Made by a program: the position numbers and the translations under genes
The notes under the pieces: model-generated
Database searches by the model: none
Told to the model about the DNA's origin: nothing
The model's input: only the letters and a program-made list of their open reading frames with translations
Assembly: GCA_035632555.1 (NCBI GenBank)
Contig: DASQGO010000105.1
Coordinates: 1 to 46,181 of the forward strand
Origin: Nitrospiraceae bacterium
GTDB taxonomy: Bacteria; Nitrospirota; Nitrospiria; Nitrospirales; Nitrospiraceae
Reading direction: 5' to 3'
DNA: 46,181 nt
Shown here: one piece after another, positions 28,170 through 36,383 of the stretch
How the letters are laid out: every line of letters starts with the position of its first letter
How positions within the stretch are numbered: the first letter of the stretch is position 1

Positions 28170-28186
28170 CAACCCTTAGTTTTTCA

Positions 28187-28307
28187 GGACGTTCAAAAAG
28201 CCCGTTCAGCGAGGCCGCAGCGAGCGAAGGACCGAGGCGTACGTTTTTCGGTACCGTTGAGGTTCTGAGCGATGCGAGAACAACGCTGGCGGGATTTTTC
28301 AACGTCC
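28187..28307 (+). repeat. REP-like palindromic element, copy B (convergent secG/ilvE spacer)
   Basis: GGACGTTCAAAAAGCCC...GGGATTTTTCAACGTCC, in the same orientation and with the same internal core (GCCGCAGCGAGCGA...GAGCGATGCGAGAAC) as copy A. Confidence 0.8.
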
Positions 28308-28316
28308 TGCTGGTGT

Positions 28317-29231
28317 TTAGACGCGCGTCAGCCACGAGGCGTGGGTTTTATCCTCCCCGCGCACGATTTCGAAGAATGACTTTTGCAAAGATTTGGTGAT
28401 CGGGCCTGGCTTGCCGTTGCCGATCTTGCGCCCGTCCAGTTCGCGCACCGGCGTCAGTTCCGCCGCCGTGCCCGTGACGAACACTTCCTCCGCCACGTAC
28501 ATGGCATCGCGCGTAAACCGCTCCTCGGCCACGGGAATGTTCCGTTCGCGCGCCAACTGCATCACGGAGCTGCGGGTGATCCCTTCCAGAATGGACGTCA
28601 GCGGCGTCGTGATCAGCCGCCCGTTGCGGACAATGAACACGTTTTCGCCCGTGCCTTCCGCCACGTAGCCGTCCGAATCGAGCAGGATCGCCTCGTCATA
28701 CCCGTCCGCCTTGACCTCGCGCTTGGCCAGGATGGAATTGACGTAGTGGCCGGAGATTTTTGCGCGCGCCATGGTCGCGTTGACGTGATGGCGGGTGAAC
28801 GTCGAGATTTTTGCGCGGATGCCCTTTTCCAGGCCGTCTTCGCCCAGATAGGTCCCCCACTTCCAGGCGGCGATCATCACCTTGATCGGATTGTCGCTCG
28901 GATAGAGGCCCATCGCCCCGTAGCCGATGTAGGCCAGCGGACGGATGTAGCAGGCCTCCAGCTTGTTGACCCGCACGGTTTCCACGATCGCTTCCGAAAT
29001 CTGCTTCTTGTCGTACGGCATCGTCATCATCGAGATGTGCGCCGACTCGAACAGGCGATCCACGTGCTCCGGCAGGCGGAAGATCGCCGAGCCGCTCTTG
29101 CCTTTATAGCAACGGATGCCCTCGAAAGCCGCAAGACCGTAATGGAGGGAATGCGTGAGGACGTGCACGGTCGCGTCCGCCCACTTGACGAACTTCCCGT
29201 CCATCCAGATTTTATCGCTGGGTTCGAGCAT
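28317..29231 (-). CDS. ilvE: Branched-chain amino acid aminotransferase
   Basis: KIWMDGKFV...HSLHYGLAAFEGIRCY...; class IV aminotransferase. ATG 29231 (GGAG 9 nt upstream) is preferred over TTG 29246. Confidence 0.9.
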   Translation of the reverse strand: MLEPSDKIWMDGKFVKWADATVHVLTHSLHYGLAAFEGIRCYKGKSGSAIFRLPEHVDRLFESAHISMMTMPYDKKQISEAIVETVRVNKLEACYIRPLAYIGYGAMGLYPSDNPIKVMIAAWKWGTYLGEDGLEKGIRAKISTFTRHHVNATMARAKISGHYVNSILAKREVKADGYDEAILLDSDGYVAEGTGENVFIVRNGRLITTPLTSILEGITRSSVMQLARERNIPVAEERFTRDAMYVAEEVFVTGTAAELTPVRELDGRKIGNGKPGPITKSLQKSFFEIVRGEDKTHASWLTRV

Positions 29232-29408
29232 GCCGACGCGCTCCAACGCTCATGCACTTGGAATTGACCGGACTATAACAGCGCCCCCGAAGAACCGTCA
29301 AGCATTCCGGCGCGGGAAGACACACGCAAAGATTTTCCTCGCACACGGGTCGGCATTGAGTTGATTCGCCGGAAAAGAATCGGTAAGGTAGCGCCGCTCA
29401 ATCCGATT

Positions 29409-31097
29409 ATGGCAGACCAACCGCAGAAAATCGGCCGTTACGAAATCCGCGGCACCCTCGGCCAGGGCGCCATGGGCGTGGTCTATCGGGGGTGGGACAC
29501 CCGCCTCGAAATGGACGTCGCCATCAAGGTGCTGCTGGCGGACCCCAAGGATCCCGCGACCAGCGAAGAGCTTAAGCGGCTCGTGCGGGAAGTCAAAATC
29601 AGCCGCGCCCTCAAGCATCCCAACATCGTCTCGGTCTACGACGTGGACGACGACGCGGCCACCGGCCGGACCTTCATCGTCATGGAATTCATCCAAGGCG
29701 TGCCGCTGGGCTCGCTGCACACGAAGAAAATCCTGAGCTTTCAGGACACAGTCACTTTGATCGGTCATGTGGCCAATGCGCTCGACTACGCGGCGCAGGC
29801 CGGCGTCGTGCATCGCGACATCAAGCCGGCGAACATTCTCGTGGATGTGGAGTCCCTGGCCCCGAAGCTCGTGGATTTCGGCGTCGCGCGGCTGCAAGGA
29901 GCCAACATGACCCAGGCGCAAACCCTGCTGGGCACGCCCCATTACATGTCTCCGGAACAATGGCGCGGGGAAGTTGCGGACGGCCGCTCCGATTTGTTCT
30001 CGCTCGGAGTTGTCCTGTATGAACTGCTGACCAACCAGAAAGCCTTTCCGGGCGACTCGCTGCCTTCCATCATGACGGCGGCGCTGGCTCCCGACACACC
30101 GGTGCCGCCGGTGGACGTGCGACCCGGGATCATTCCTCCAGCACTCAGCGGCGCGGTCATGAAGGCCGTGGCTAAAAATCCGAAAGACCGTTATTCCCGT
30201 GGAACCGAGATGCAGAAGGCGCTGCTGAAAGCGCTCGCGCAGCCACAGGCCGCCGAACCGGCGCCAGCGGCGCCCCGCCTTGCGACACCGGCGCCGAAAG
30301 CCCCGTCCGCGCCGCCGGTTGTCCAACTGCCACCGGGTTTCTCAACCGGCGGACTCGCGCTGAAGATCAGCGAACCGGCGCAGCCGGCCGAACAGGATGA
30401 GGAGGAAACCAGGGCAAAGAAATCCTCCCGAAGAGGCGGCAGGCGTTCGCCCTCCTCAAAGACGCTGATCACAGGGCTGATGCTTGTGGCGCTGCCGGCA
30501 ATCGGCTGGTTCGGGTGGCCCATCGTCAAAGCCAACCTGATGCCGACCGTGGCAATCCACCTGGGCGTGCTGAGACAGGACCAGCAGGGCACGCCGTCCG
30601 TGCTGAAACAGGGCGATTCGCTCCTGCCCGGAGACCGGATGGCGGTTTACGTCAAACCGAAAGACACCACCTACGTCTATGTGTTGAGAGTCTCGTCATC
30701 CGGCGAAGTCACCAGAGTCTTTCCAAACCAAGCCGTCACGCCGCAGGAAAATCCCGTGCTGGCCGGCACGGAACTCTGGCTCCCGGCCCCGAACAGCGTG
30801 AAAGGATGGTTTTCCGTCAACGACAAAACAGGACAAAGCGAAGTGATCGTCATCGCCATGTCCGATCCGCTCCGGCGGTTGAACGATCCGCTCGGCCTCT
30901 TGTCAGCGATGGGTCGCATTGGGCCCGATGCGGACGAGAAGTTATTGAGCAACTTGCCTCAGCTTGAAGCCAGGCTGAGGGTGGGCCAGCACCGCGGAAG
31001 TTTCGCCGCGCAGGGCGGCTCCGTCACGGCACCGACGCATCTTCTGGAAGGCAACGGGCAGGGATTGTATTACCGGTTCCGAGTCAATCAACTCTGA
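29409..31097 (+). CDS. Transmembrane Ser/Thr protein kinase with an extracytoplasmic DUF4384-like domain
   Basis: GQGAMGVVY, AIK, HRDIKPANILV, DFGVAR, GTPHYMSPE. A Pro/Ala linker, a TM segment (LITGLMLVALPAIGWFGW) and a C-terminal beta-rich domain follow. The start is ATG 29409 or TTG 29361. Confidence 0.85.
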   Translation: MADQPQKIGRYEIRGTLGQGAMGVVYRGWDTRLEMDVAIKVLLADPKDPATSEELKRLVREVKISRALKHPNIVSVYDVDDDAATGRTFIVMEFIQGVPLGSLHTKKILSFQDTVTLIGHVANALDYAAQAGVVHRDIKPANILVDVESLAPKLVDFGVARLQGANMTQAQTLLGTPHYMSPEQWRGEVADGRSDLFSLGVVLYELLTNQKAFPGDSLPSIMTAALAPDTPVPPVDVRPGIIPPALSGAVMKAVAKNPKDRYSRGTEMQKALLKALAQPQAAEPAPAAPRLATPAPKAPSAPPVVQLPPGFSTGGLALKISEPAQPAEQDEEETRAKKSSRRGGRRSPSSKTLITGLMLVALPAIGWFGWPIVKANLMPTVAIHLGVLRQDQQGTPSVLKQGDSLLPGDRMAVYVKPKDTTYVYVLRVSSSGEVTRVFPNQAVTPQENPVLAGTELWLPAPNSVKGWFSVNDKTGQSEVIVIAMSDPLRRLNDPLGLLSAMGRIGPDADEKLLSNLPQLEARLRVGQHRGSFAAQGGSVTAPTHLLEGNGQGLYYRFRVNQL

Positions 31098-31109
31098 CAC
31101 ACTCTCAGC

Positions 31110-32225
31110 TTATTTCTTCCCGAGCACGCACCACATTCGTCGCGTTTGGGATTTCTGATCCGAAATCACCTTCCCCGTAAAGAAGCTCACATAGTAGGCC
31201 AGAATGTCGTCCGACGCGTGCGGCGTTGAGGACCAGAAGATGTCGGAGCGGATATTCGAAAACGGATGGTCTTCCGGCAGCGCGGGATCGTTGCGCTCAG
31301 GATCGATAAGCGTGGCTAACTCGTCTTTCGTCGGCGCGCGCCAGCCTTTCTGCCCGCCGACCTCCTTGGTCGCACAGCGCGCCACCGACGCGCTCCACAC
31401 ATCGAACTCCTTATCAGGCGCCTGCTCCCAGATGAGACCGGTCTTATTGTCCTTCACCGCTTCACCGTTCAGCGTCAGCGTGAAGCGATCGGCCGCTGCA
31501 ACAACCATAGAAACATTTGCTTTATTGGATGGAGGGATAGGTAACGGTGCCTTGAAACCTTTGTATTCCTGGCAGTGAGTCTCCTTCAGAGGTGTGCGCA
31601 GTACGGTTTGGTATTTTGGCATGGTTATATGATGGTTCAGTTCCTTGATTTTCTCTGACGAAACAGAACCCAAACCAACCAAGTTCTCTACCTCGCGTCC
31701 CAGTATATCGAGAGTCACATTGATGGTTTTGAGCTCAACAGGAAACTCTTCAAGGGGAATGCGCTGCCAGGCTTTGCCGTTGTATTTGAAGAAAATATAC
31801 GGCGGATTGGGACGCCCTAATTTGTTATACGACAGACATGCGTTAGGCTCTGCCACAATGTACGGCGTGTCATTCAGCACGTGCACAGCCAGCAGGTAAA
31901 AGTTGGTGCGCCCGATGTCGTCACCGTATTCGCTGGTCCACGTGATACGCTTGTCAGACCCCGGCAGCGTAAAGGTAATGGTGTGTTCCTTGATCGGTGG
32001 CGGCTGCCCGATTTCGTGCTGCCCGCCATACGTTTGCGAACGCGTGATGACCATCTTGCTACCGTCATGCAGCAGGACTTCTTCTTTCCAGCTATCGCCT
32101 CCGAAACCCAAGAATCCCGCCTCGGCGCTGGCGAACACCCCCAAAATCGTGACTAGGCAGACCGCTTGAGCTAGCCATAACGTCCAATGTCGCCTCCTCA
32201 TGCCGCCATCCTTTCTTCGAAACAC
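31110..32225 (-). CDS. Secreted protein: N-terminal domain of unknown function plus a C-terminal DUF1566 (Lcl C-terminal-like) domain
   Basis: Signal peptide (LVTILGVFASAEA). The C-terminal part, TGLIWEQAP...GWRAPTKDELATL...FWSST...VSF..G, matches the DUF1566 pattern. Confidence 0.65.
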   Translation of the reverse strand: MFRRKDGGMRRRHWTLWLAQAVCLVTILGVFASAEAGFLGFGGDSWKEEVLLHDGSKMVITRSQTYGGQHEIGQPPPIKEHTITFTLPGSDKRITWTSEYGDDIGRTNFYLLAVHVLNDTPYIVAEPNACLSYNKLGRPNPPYIFFKYNGKAWQRIPLEEFPVELKTINVTLDILGREVENLVGLGSVSSEKIKELNHHITMPKYQTVLRTPLKETHCQEYKGFKAPLPIPPSNKANVSMVVAAADRFTLTLNGEAVKDNKTGLIWEQAPDKEFDVWSASVARCATKEVGGQKGWRAPTKDELATLIDPERNDPALPEDHPFSNIRSDIFWSSTPHASDDILAYYVSFFTGKVISDQKSQTRRMWCVLGKK

Positions 32226-32295
32226 CGCGCATCATACGCTTCCGACTTGGCCCTGTGAAGCTGCCCGGGGCATCATGAACAAAGCCTCCGCGCGC

Positions 32296-32325
32296 TTGAC
32301 ACCCCGAAAAGCCCTATGTTACAAA
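32296..32325 (+). promoter_or_regulatory. Candidate sigma70 promoter for rplU-rpmA-obg...
   Basis: TTGACA (32296-32301)-N18-TACAAA, preceded by a TGT extended -10. The leader to rplU is about 90 nt. Confidence 0.4.
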
Positions 32326-32417
32326 ACAACACGCTAACGGACTGTTGAAGTCGTTTCGGCCCTCCAGTCACCGTAGCACTAAAACGAACAGTCTCAGGAT
32401 TCTGCTCAAGGGAAGAG

Positions 32418-32729
32418 ATGTACGCGATTGTTCAAACAGGTGGAAAGCAGTATCGGGTTCAGCCCGGCGAAGTCGTCCAGGTCGAATCCCTTCCGGGGGA
32501 TGTGGGCGGGACGATCGAGCTGAAGCAAGTCTGCCTCGTCCAAGGCGACAAGGGCCTCCAGATCGGCAAGCCCTGGGTGGATAAGGCCAAGGTGACGGCG
32601 GAAATCGTCACGCAGGGCCGCACGCGTTCGATTATGATTTTCAAAAAGCACCGGCGGAAGAACTACCGGCGGACAAAGGGCCACCGGCAGGGTTTCACGC
32701 AGCTCAAGATTACCGACATTACGGCATAA
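32418..32729 (+). CDS. rplU: 50S ribosomal protein L21
   Basis: [20 protein letters not shown]... Confidence 0.95.
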   Translation: MYAIVQTGGKQYRVQPGEVVQVESLPGDVGGTIELKQVCLVQGDKGLQIGKPWVDKAKVTAEIVTQGRTRSIMIFKKHRRKNYRRTKGHRQGFTQLKITDITA

Positions 32730-32743
32730 GGACGGACTGAGCC

Positions 32744-33001
32744 ATGGCAACAAATAAAGGCGGCGGATCATCGAGAAACGGGCGGGATAGCAATCCCCAG
32801 TATCTCGGCGTCAAGGCATACGGCGGCGAAACAGTGCCGGCCGGCTCGATCATCGTCCGGCAGCGCGGCACGAAGTTTTTCCCCGGCTTCAACGTCGGCG
32901 TCGGCAAGGACCACACGCTCTTTGCCCGTATCACCGGCGTCATCAAATTCGAAGGGGGGCGCGCCCGGCGTCGGGTCAGCGTCTACCCGGTGGCGTCCTA
33001 G
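32744..33001 (+). CDS. rpmA: 50S ribosomal protein L27
   Basis: [49 protein letters not shown]. Confidence 0.95.
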   Translation: MATNKGGGSSRNGRDSNPQYLGVKAYGGETVPAGSIIVRQRGTKFFPGFNVGVGKDHTLFARITGVIKFEGGRARRRVSVYPVAS

Positions 33002-33054
33002 CTCCCATCTCCACGCGGTTTCTTTCAGTTTCCAACTAATTACGGTATTCTCCT

Positions 33055-33149
33055 CTTCCAGCCGCGTGTAGGCGGCGGGATTGGGCTAGCGTTTGTCTCG
33101 CAGGATGGAAGCGATGCGAGAGCAAAGCTGGAAGCCTTTTTCAACATCC
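33055..33149 (+). repeat. REP-like element, copy C, lacking the left terminal arm (rpmA-obg spacer)
   Basis: The right end AAGCGATGCGAGAGCAAAGCTGGAAGCCTTTTTCAACATCC matches copies A and B. The internal stem CTTCCAGC (33055-33062)/GCTGGAAG (33127-33134) is retained. The left GGATGTTCAAAAAGG arm is absent. Confidence 0.6.
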
Positions 33150-33164
33150 TGATACTGGTGAACG

Positions 33165-34184
33165 ATGTTCGTTGATGACGTAAAAATTCATGTGAAGGCC
33201 GGCCGCGGCGGCAACGGCGCCTGCAGTTTCCGCCGGGAGAAGTTCGTCCCACGCGGAGGGCCGGACGGCGGCGATGGCGGCAACGGCGGCAACGTGATCA
33301 TGATCGCCTCGCGGCAACTGACGACGCTGCTGGATCTTCGCTATCAGCAACAGTATGAGGCCACGGACGGCGGACCGGGCGGCGGTTCCCGATCCCACGG
33401 AAAAACCGCGGAGGACGTCGTCATCCGCGTGCCGATGGGAACCATCGTCAAGGACGACCGCACCGGTGAAATCCTGGCCGATCTGACCGCCGAAGGACAG
33501 TCGCACATCGTTGCGCGCGGCGGACGCGGCGGACGCGGCAACTCGAATTTTGCGACGCCGACCGTGCAGGTGCCGACCCGCGCCGATCCGGGCGGGCCCG
33601 GCGAAGAGCGCTGGTTGCACTTGGAACTGAAACTGCTGGCCGATGTCGGATTGGTCGGCTTTCCGAACGCGGGCAAGTCCACGCTGATCGCCACCATTTC
33701 GGCGGCGCGGCCGAAGATTGCCGACTATCCCTTCACCACGCTGGTGCCCAACCTCGGCGTGGTGTCGTGGGGGGAGGAATCCAGCTTCGTCGTCGCCGAC
33801 ATTCCGGGCCTGATTGAAGGCGCGCACGAGGGCAAGGGCCTCGGCACGCAATTTCTCCGGCACATCGAACGGACGTCGTTCCTGCTCCACCTGGTGGACA
33901 TTTCGGAATGGGCCGACGATCCGGTGACGAGTTTCGAGACCTTGCGGCACGAACTGGCGGCCTATGATTCGGCCCTGAAAACGCGCCCGTTCGCCGTTGT
34001 CGGCACCAAGCTCGACGTCAAAGGCAACGGCAAGCGCCTGGAGGAGTTGAAAGCCTTCTGCAAGAAAAAGCGCATCAAGTTCTTTGCCATTTCGTCCGCC
34101 ACGCGCGAAGGGCTGGAGACCTTGATCCGGCATGTGGGCGAACGGGTGGCGACATTGAGGGCGGCATGCGAGACCGTGTCCTGA
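33165..34184 (+). CDS. obg: GTPase Obg/CgtA
   Basis: MFVDDVKIHVKAGRGGNG, glycine-rich GGDGGNGG, and G-domain motifs GFPNAGKST and DIPGLIEGA. Confidence 0.95.
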   Translation: MFVDDVKIHVKAGRGGNGACSFRREKFVPRGGPDGGDGGNGGNVIMIASRQLTTLLDLRYQQQYEATDGGPGGGSRSHGKTAEDVVIRVPMGTIVKDDRTGEILADLTAEGQSHIVARGGRGGRGNSNFATPTVQVPTRADPGGPGEERWLHLELKLLADVGLVGFPNAGKSTLIATISAARPKIADYPFTTLVPNLGVVSWGEESSFVVADIPGLIEGAHEGKGLGTQFLRHIERTSFLLHLVDISEWADDPVTSFETLRHELAAYDSALKTRPFAVVGTKLDVKGNGKRLEELKAFCKKKRIKFFAISSATREGLETLIRHVGERVATLRAACETVS

Positions 34185-35287
34185 AAGACGCGCGGCGGGT
34201 GGTTGTCAAAATCGGGAGCAGCCTGGTGGCGTCCAAAGGCACCGGCCTGCGTCCCGAGCGGATCGAGCAGTTGGCCACCGACATTACCGCGCTAAAGACA
34301 AGCGGCCGCGAAGTGCTGGTGGTGTCGTCCGGCGCGATCGTGTCCGGCATCCAGAAACTCGGCCTCACGGCCTATCCCAAGAATCTACCCGAGAAACAGG
34401 CAGCCGCCGCGGTCGGGCAAAGCCGGCTCATGTGGGCTTACGAAAAGGCCTTCGAGTCACTGGGGCAGAAAGTCGCGCAGGTCCTGCTGACGCACCAGGA
34501 TCTGGCGGACCGGAAACGGTTCATGAACGCCCGCCACACGCTGGCGGCTCTGATCGGGTTCGGGGTGATTCCGATCATCAACGAGAACGACACGGTCGCC
34601 GTGGACGAAATCCGTTTCGGCGACAACGACAACCTGGCGGCGCAGGTGGCGCATCTCATCGATGCGGACGTGCTCGTGATTCTCTCCGACGTGGCGGGGC
34701 TCTACACGGAGGATCCCCGCAAGAACACATCCGCCACGCTCATTCCGCTTGTCAGCGACGTCACGAAAGACATCGAGCGGCGCGCCGGCGCCACGCAGAG
34801 CTTCGAGGGCACCGGCGGCATGGCCACGAAGATTCAGGCCGCCAAGAAAGTCGCCGAATACGGCGGCGGGACCCTGATCATGAGCGGCGAGCAGGCCGGC
34901 CTACTCCCGACCGTGTTCGATGGCGCCGAGGCCGGCACGTTCATCCTGCCGAAAGGCAAGCGGCTGACCAGCCGGAAACATTGGATCGCCTTCACGCTTC
35001 GCAGCAAGGGCCAGCTGACGCTCGACGACGGCGCCGTCGAGGCGCTGGCCACGCGCGGCAAAAGCCTGCTCCCCTCCGGCATCACCGGAGTCAAAGGCGA
35101 CTTCAGCCCAGGCGATGCCGTCACGTGCCTCGACTGCCAGGGAAAGGAAATCGCAAAAGGTCTGGTCAATTTCTCGTCGGAGATGCTCAAGCGGATGAAG
35201 GGGCTCAAGACCGCCGAGATTCAGAAAGCGGTCGGGGCGCAGGAATACGAAGAAGCGATCCATCGGGACAACCTCGTGATTCTGTGA
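34166..35287 (+). CDS. proB: Glutamate 5-kinase (with a C-terminal PUA domain)
   Basis: VVVKIGSS, IPIINENDTV, and a PUA-like C-terminus. It overlaps obg by 19 nt. Confidence 0.9.
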   Translation: MRDRVLKDARRVVVKIGSSLVASKGTGLRPERIEQLATDITALKTSGREVLVVSSGAIVSGIQKLGLTAYPKNLPEKQAAAAVGQSRLMWAYEKAFESLGQKVAQVLLTHQDLADRKRFMNARHTLAALIGFGVIPIINENDTVAVDEIRFGDNDNLAAQVAHLIDADVLVILSDVAGLYTEDPRKNTSATLIPLVSDVTKDIERRAGATQSFEGTGGMATKIQAAKKVAEYGGGTLIMSGEQAGLLPTVFDGAEAGTFILPKGKRLTSRKHWIAFTLRSKGQLTLDDGAVEALATRGKSLLPSGITGVKGDFSPGDAVTCLDCQGKEIAKGLVNFSSEMLKRMKGLKTAEIQKAVGAQEYEEAIHRDNLVIL

Positions 35288-35290
35288 TGC

Positions 35291-35983
35291 ATGAAGATCG
35301 GCCTGTTCGGCGGCACGTTCAATCCCATCCACCATTGCCACCTGACGATCGCGGCGCAGATCAGGGAACGCCTCGCGCTGGATCAAATCCTGTTCATTCC
35401 GTCCGGCGATCCGCCCCATAAGCCACAGGACAATCTGGCGCCTGCCCGGCACCGTCTTGAGATGGTCCGGCTGGCCATCGCCGACGATCCCGCCTTCGCC
35501 GCATCCGATGTCGAAGTCCGACGGCCGGCGAAGTCCTATTCGATCGACACCGTCCGGGCGCTCCGCGATCACTACGGAACCGGGACCGACCTGTCCTTCA
35601 TCATCGGGCTCGACGCCTTCCTGGAATTTCCGAGTTGGAAACAAGCCCCTGACCTGCTGCATCTGTGCCACTTCATCGTCGTATCGAGAACCGGCATGGC
35701 CTTCGCGCCGCTGGCCGATCGCCCCCCCCTGCCGGCCATCCCGCTCCAGGCGCTCGAATCCCTGGACCGACGGACGCAAGACCGGCTCGACGTGCCGGTT
35801 CCTGGCGGCACCCATCTCACTTTCATCCGCCTTCCTCCGTGCGATATCTCCGCGTCGGACATCCGGCAACAGATTCGCAGCCGAATGAGCGTCGCCCCGT
35901 TGTTGCCTGCCCCTGTTGAATCCTATATAATGCGAACCAGGCTCTATCAGGAGGAACCCGATCGTCCCGGAAACCAAGGCTAA
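35291..35983 (+). CDS. nadD: Nicotinate-nucleotide adenylyltransferase
   Basis: GLFGGTFNPIHHCHL (H/TxGH motif) and ISASDIRQ. Confidence 0.9.
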   Translation: MKIGLFGGTFNPIHHCHLTIAAQIRERLALDQILFIPSGDPPHKPQDNLAPARHRLEMVRLAIADDPAFAASDVEVRRPAKSYSIDTVRALRDHYGTGTDLSFIIGLDAFLEFPSWKQAPDLLHLCHFIVVSRTGMAFAPLADRPPLPAIPLQALESLDRRTQDRLDVPVPGGTHLTFIRLPPCDISASDIRQQIRSRMSVAPLLPAPVESYIMRTRLYQEEPDRPGNQG

Positions 35984-36374
35984 AGCCATTGCCGCCGCGT
36001 CACTCGATAAAAAGGCCGAGGACGTCGTGGTGCTTGACGTCGGGAAACTCACCTCTGTTGCCGATTATTTGGTGCTCTGCTCGGGCGGGTCCGACCGGCA
36101 GGTTCGCGCCATCGCGGACCATATCGACGGCACGCTCGCCCAGCAACGGATTCACCCCCTCAGTATCGAAGGCACGGCCACGTCGCAGTGGATCCTGATG
36201 GACTACGGGGATGTGGTCGTCCACATTTTCCGGACGGATGTCAGGGCCCACTACGCCCTGGAGCGGCTGTGGGGCGATGCCAGGCGCGTCCGGCTGCCGG
36301 ATGGCGCTCCCCTGGCACCCGCGGCAGCCGCTGCACGTCCCGTGCGGACCAGGCCGGCACGGGCACGAGGATAA
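35961..36374 (+). CDS. rsfS: Ribosome silencing factor RsfS (start inferred upstream of the ORF-track GTG 36027)
   Basis: DVVVLDV...YLVLCSGGSDRQVRAIADHI...WILMDYGDVVVHIF....R.YALERLW. The family's N-terminal helix (ETKAKAIAAASLDKKAEDV) is encoded in frame upstream of 36027. AGGAGG lies 6 nt before ATC 35961. Confidence 0.75.
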   Translation: MVPETKAKAIAAASLDKKAEDVVVLDVGKLTSVADYLVLCSGGSDRQVRAIADHIDGTLAQQRIHPLSIEGTATSQWILMDYGDVVVHIFRTDVRAHYALERLWGDARRVRLPDGAPLAPAAAAARPVRTRPARARG

Positions 36375-36383
36375 CGAGCGTTT

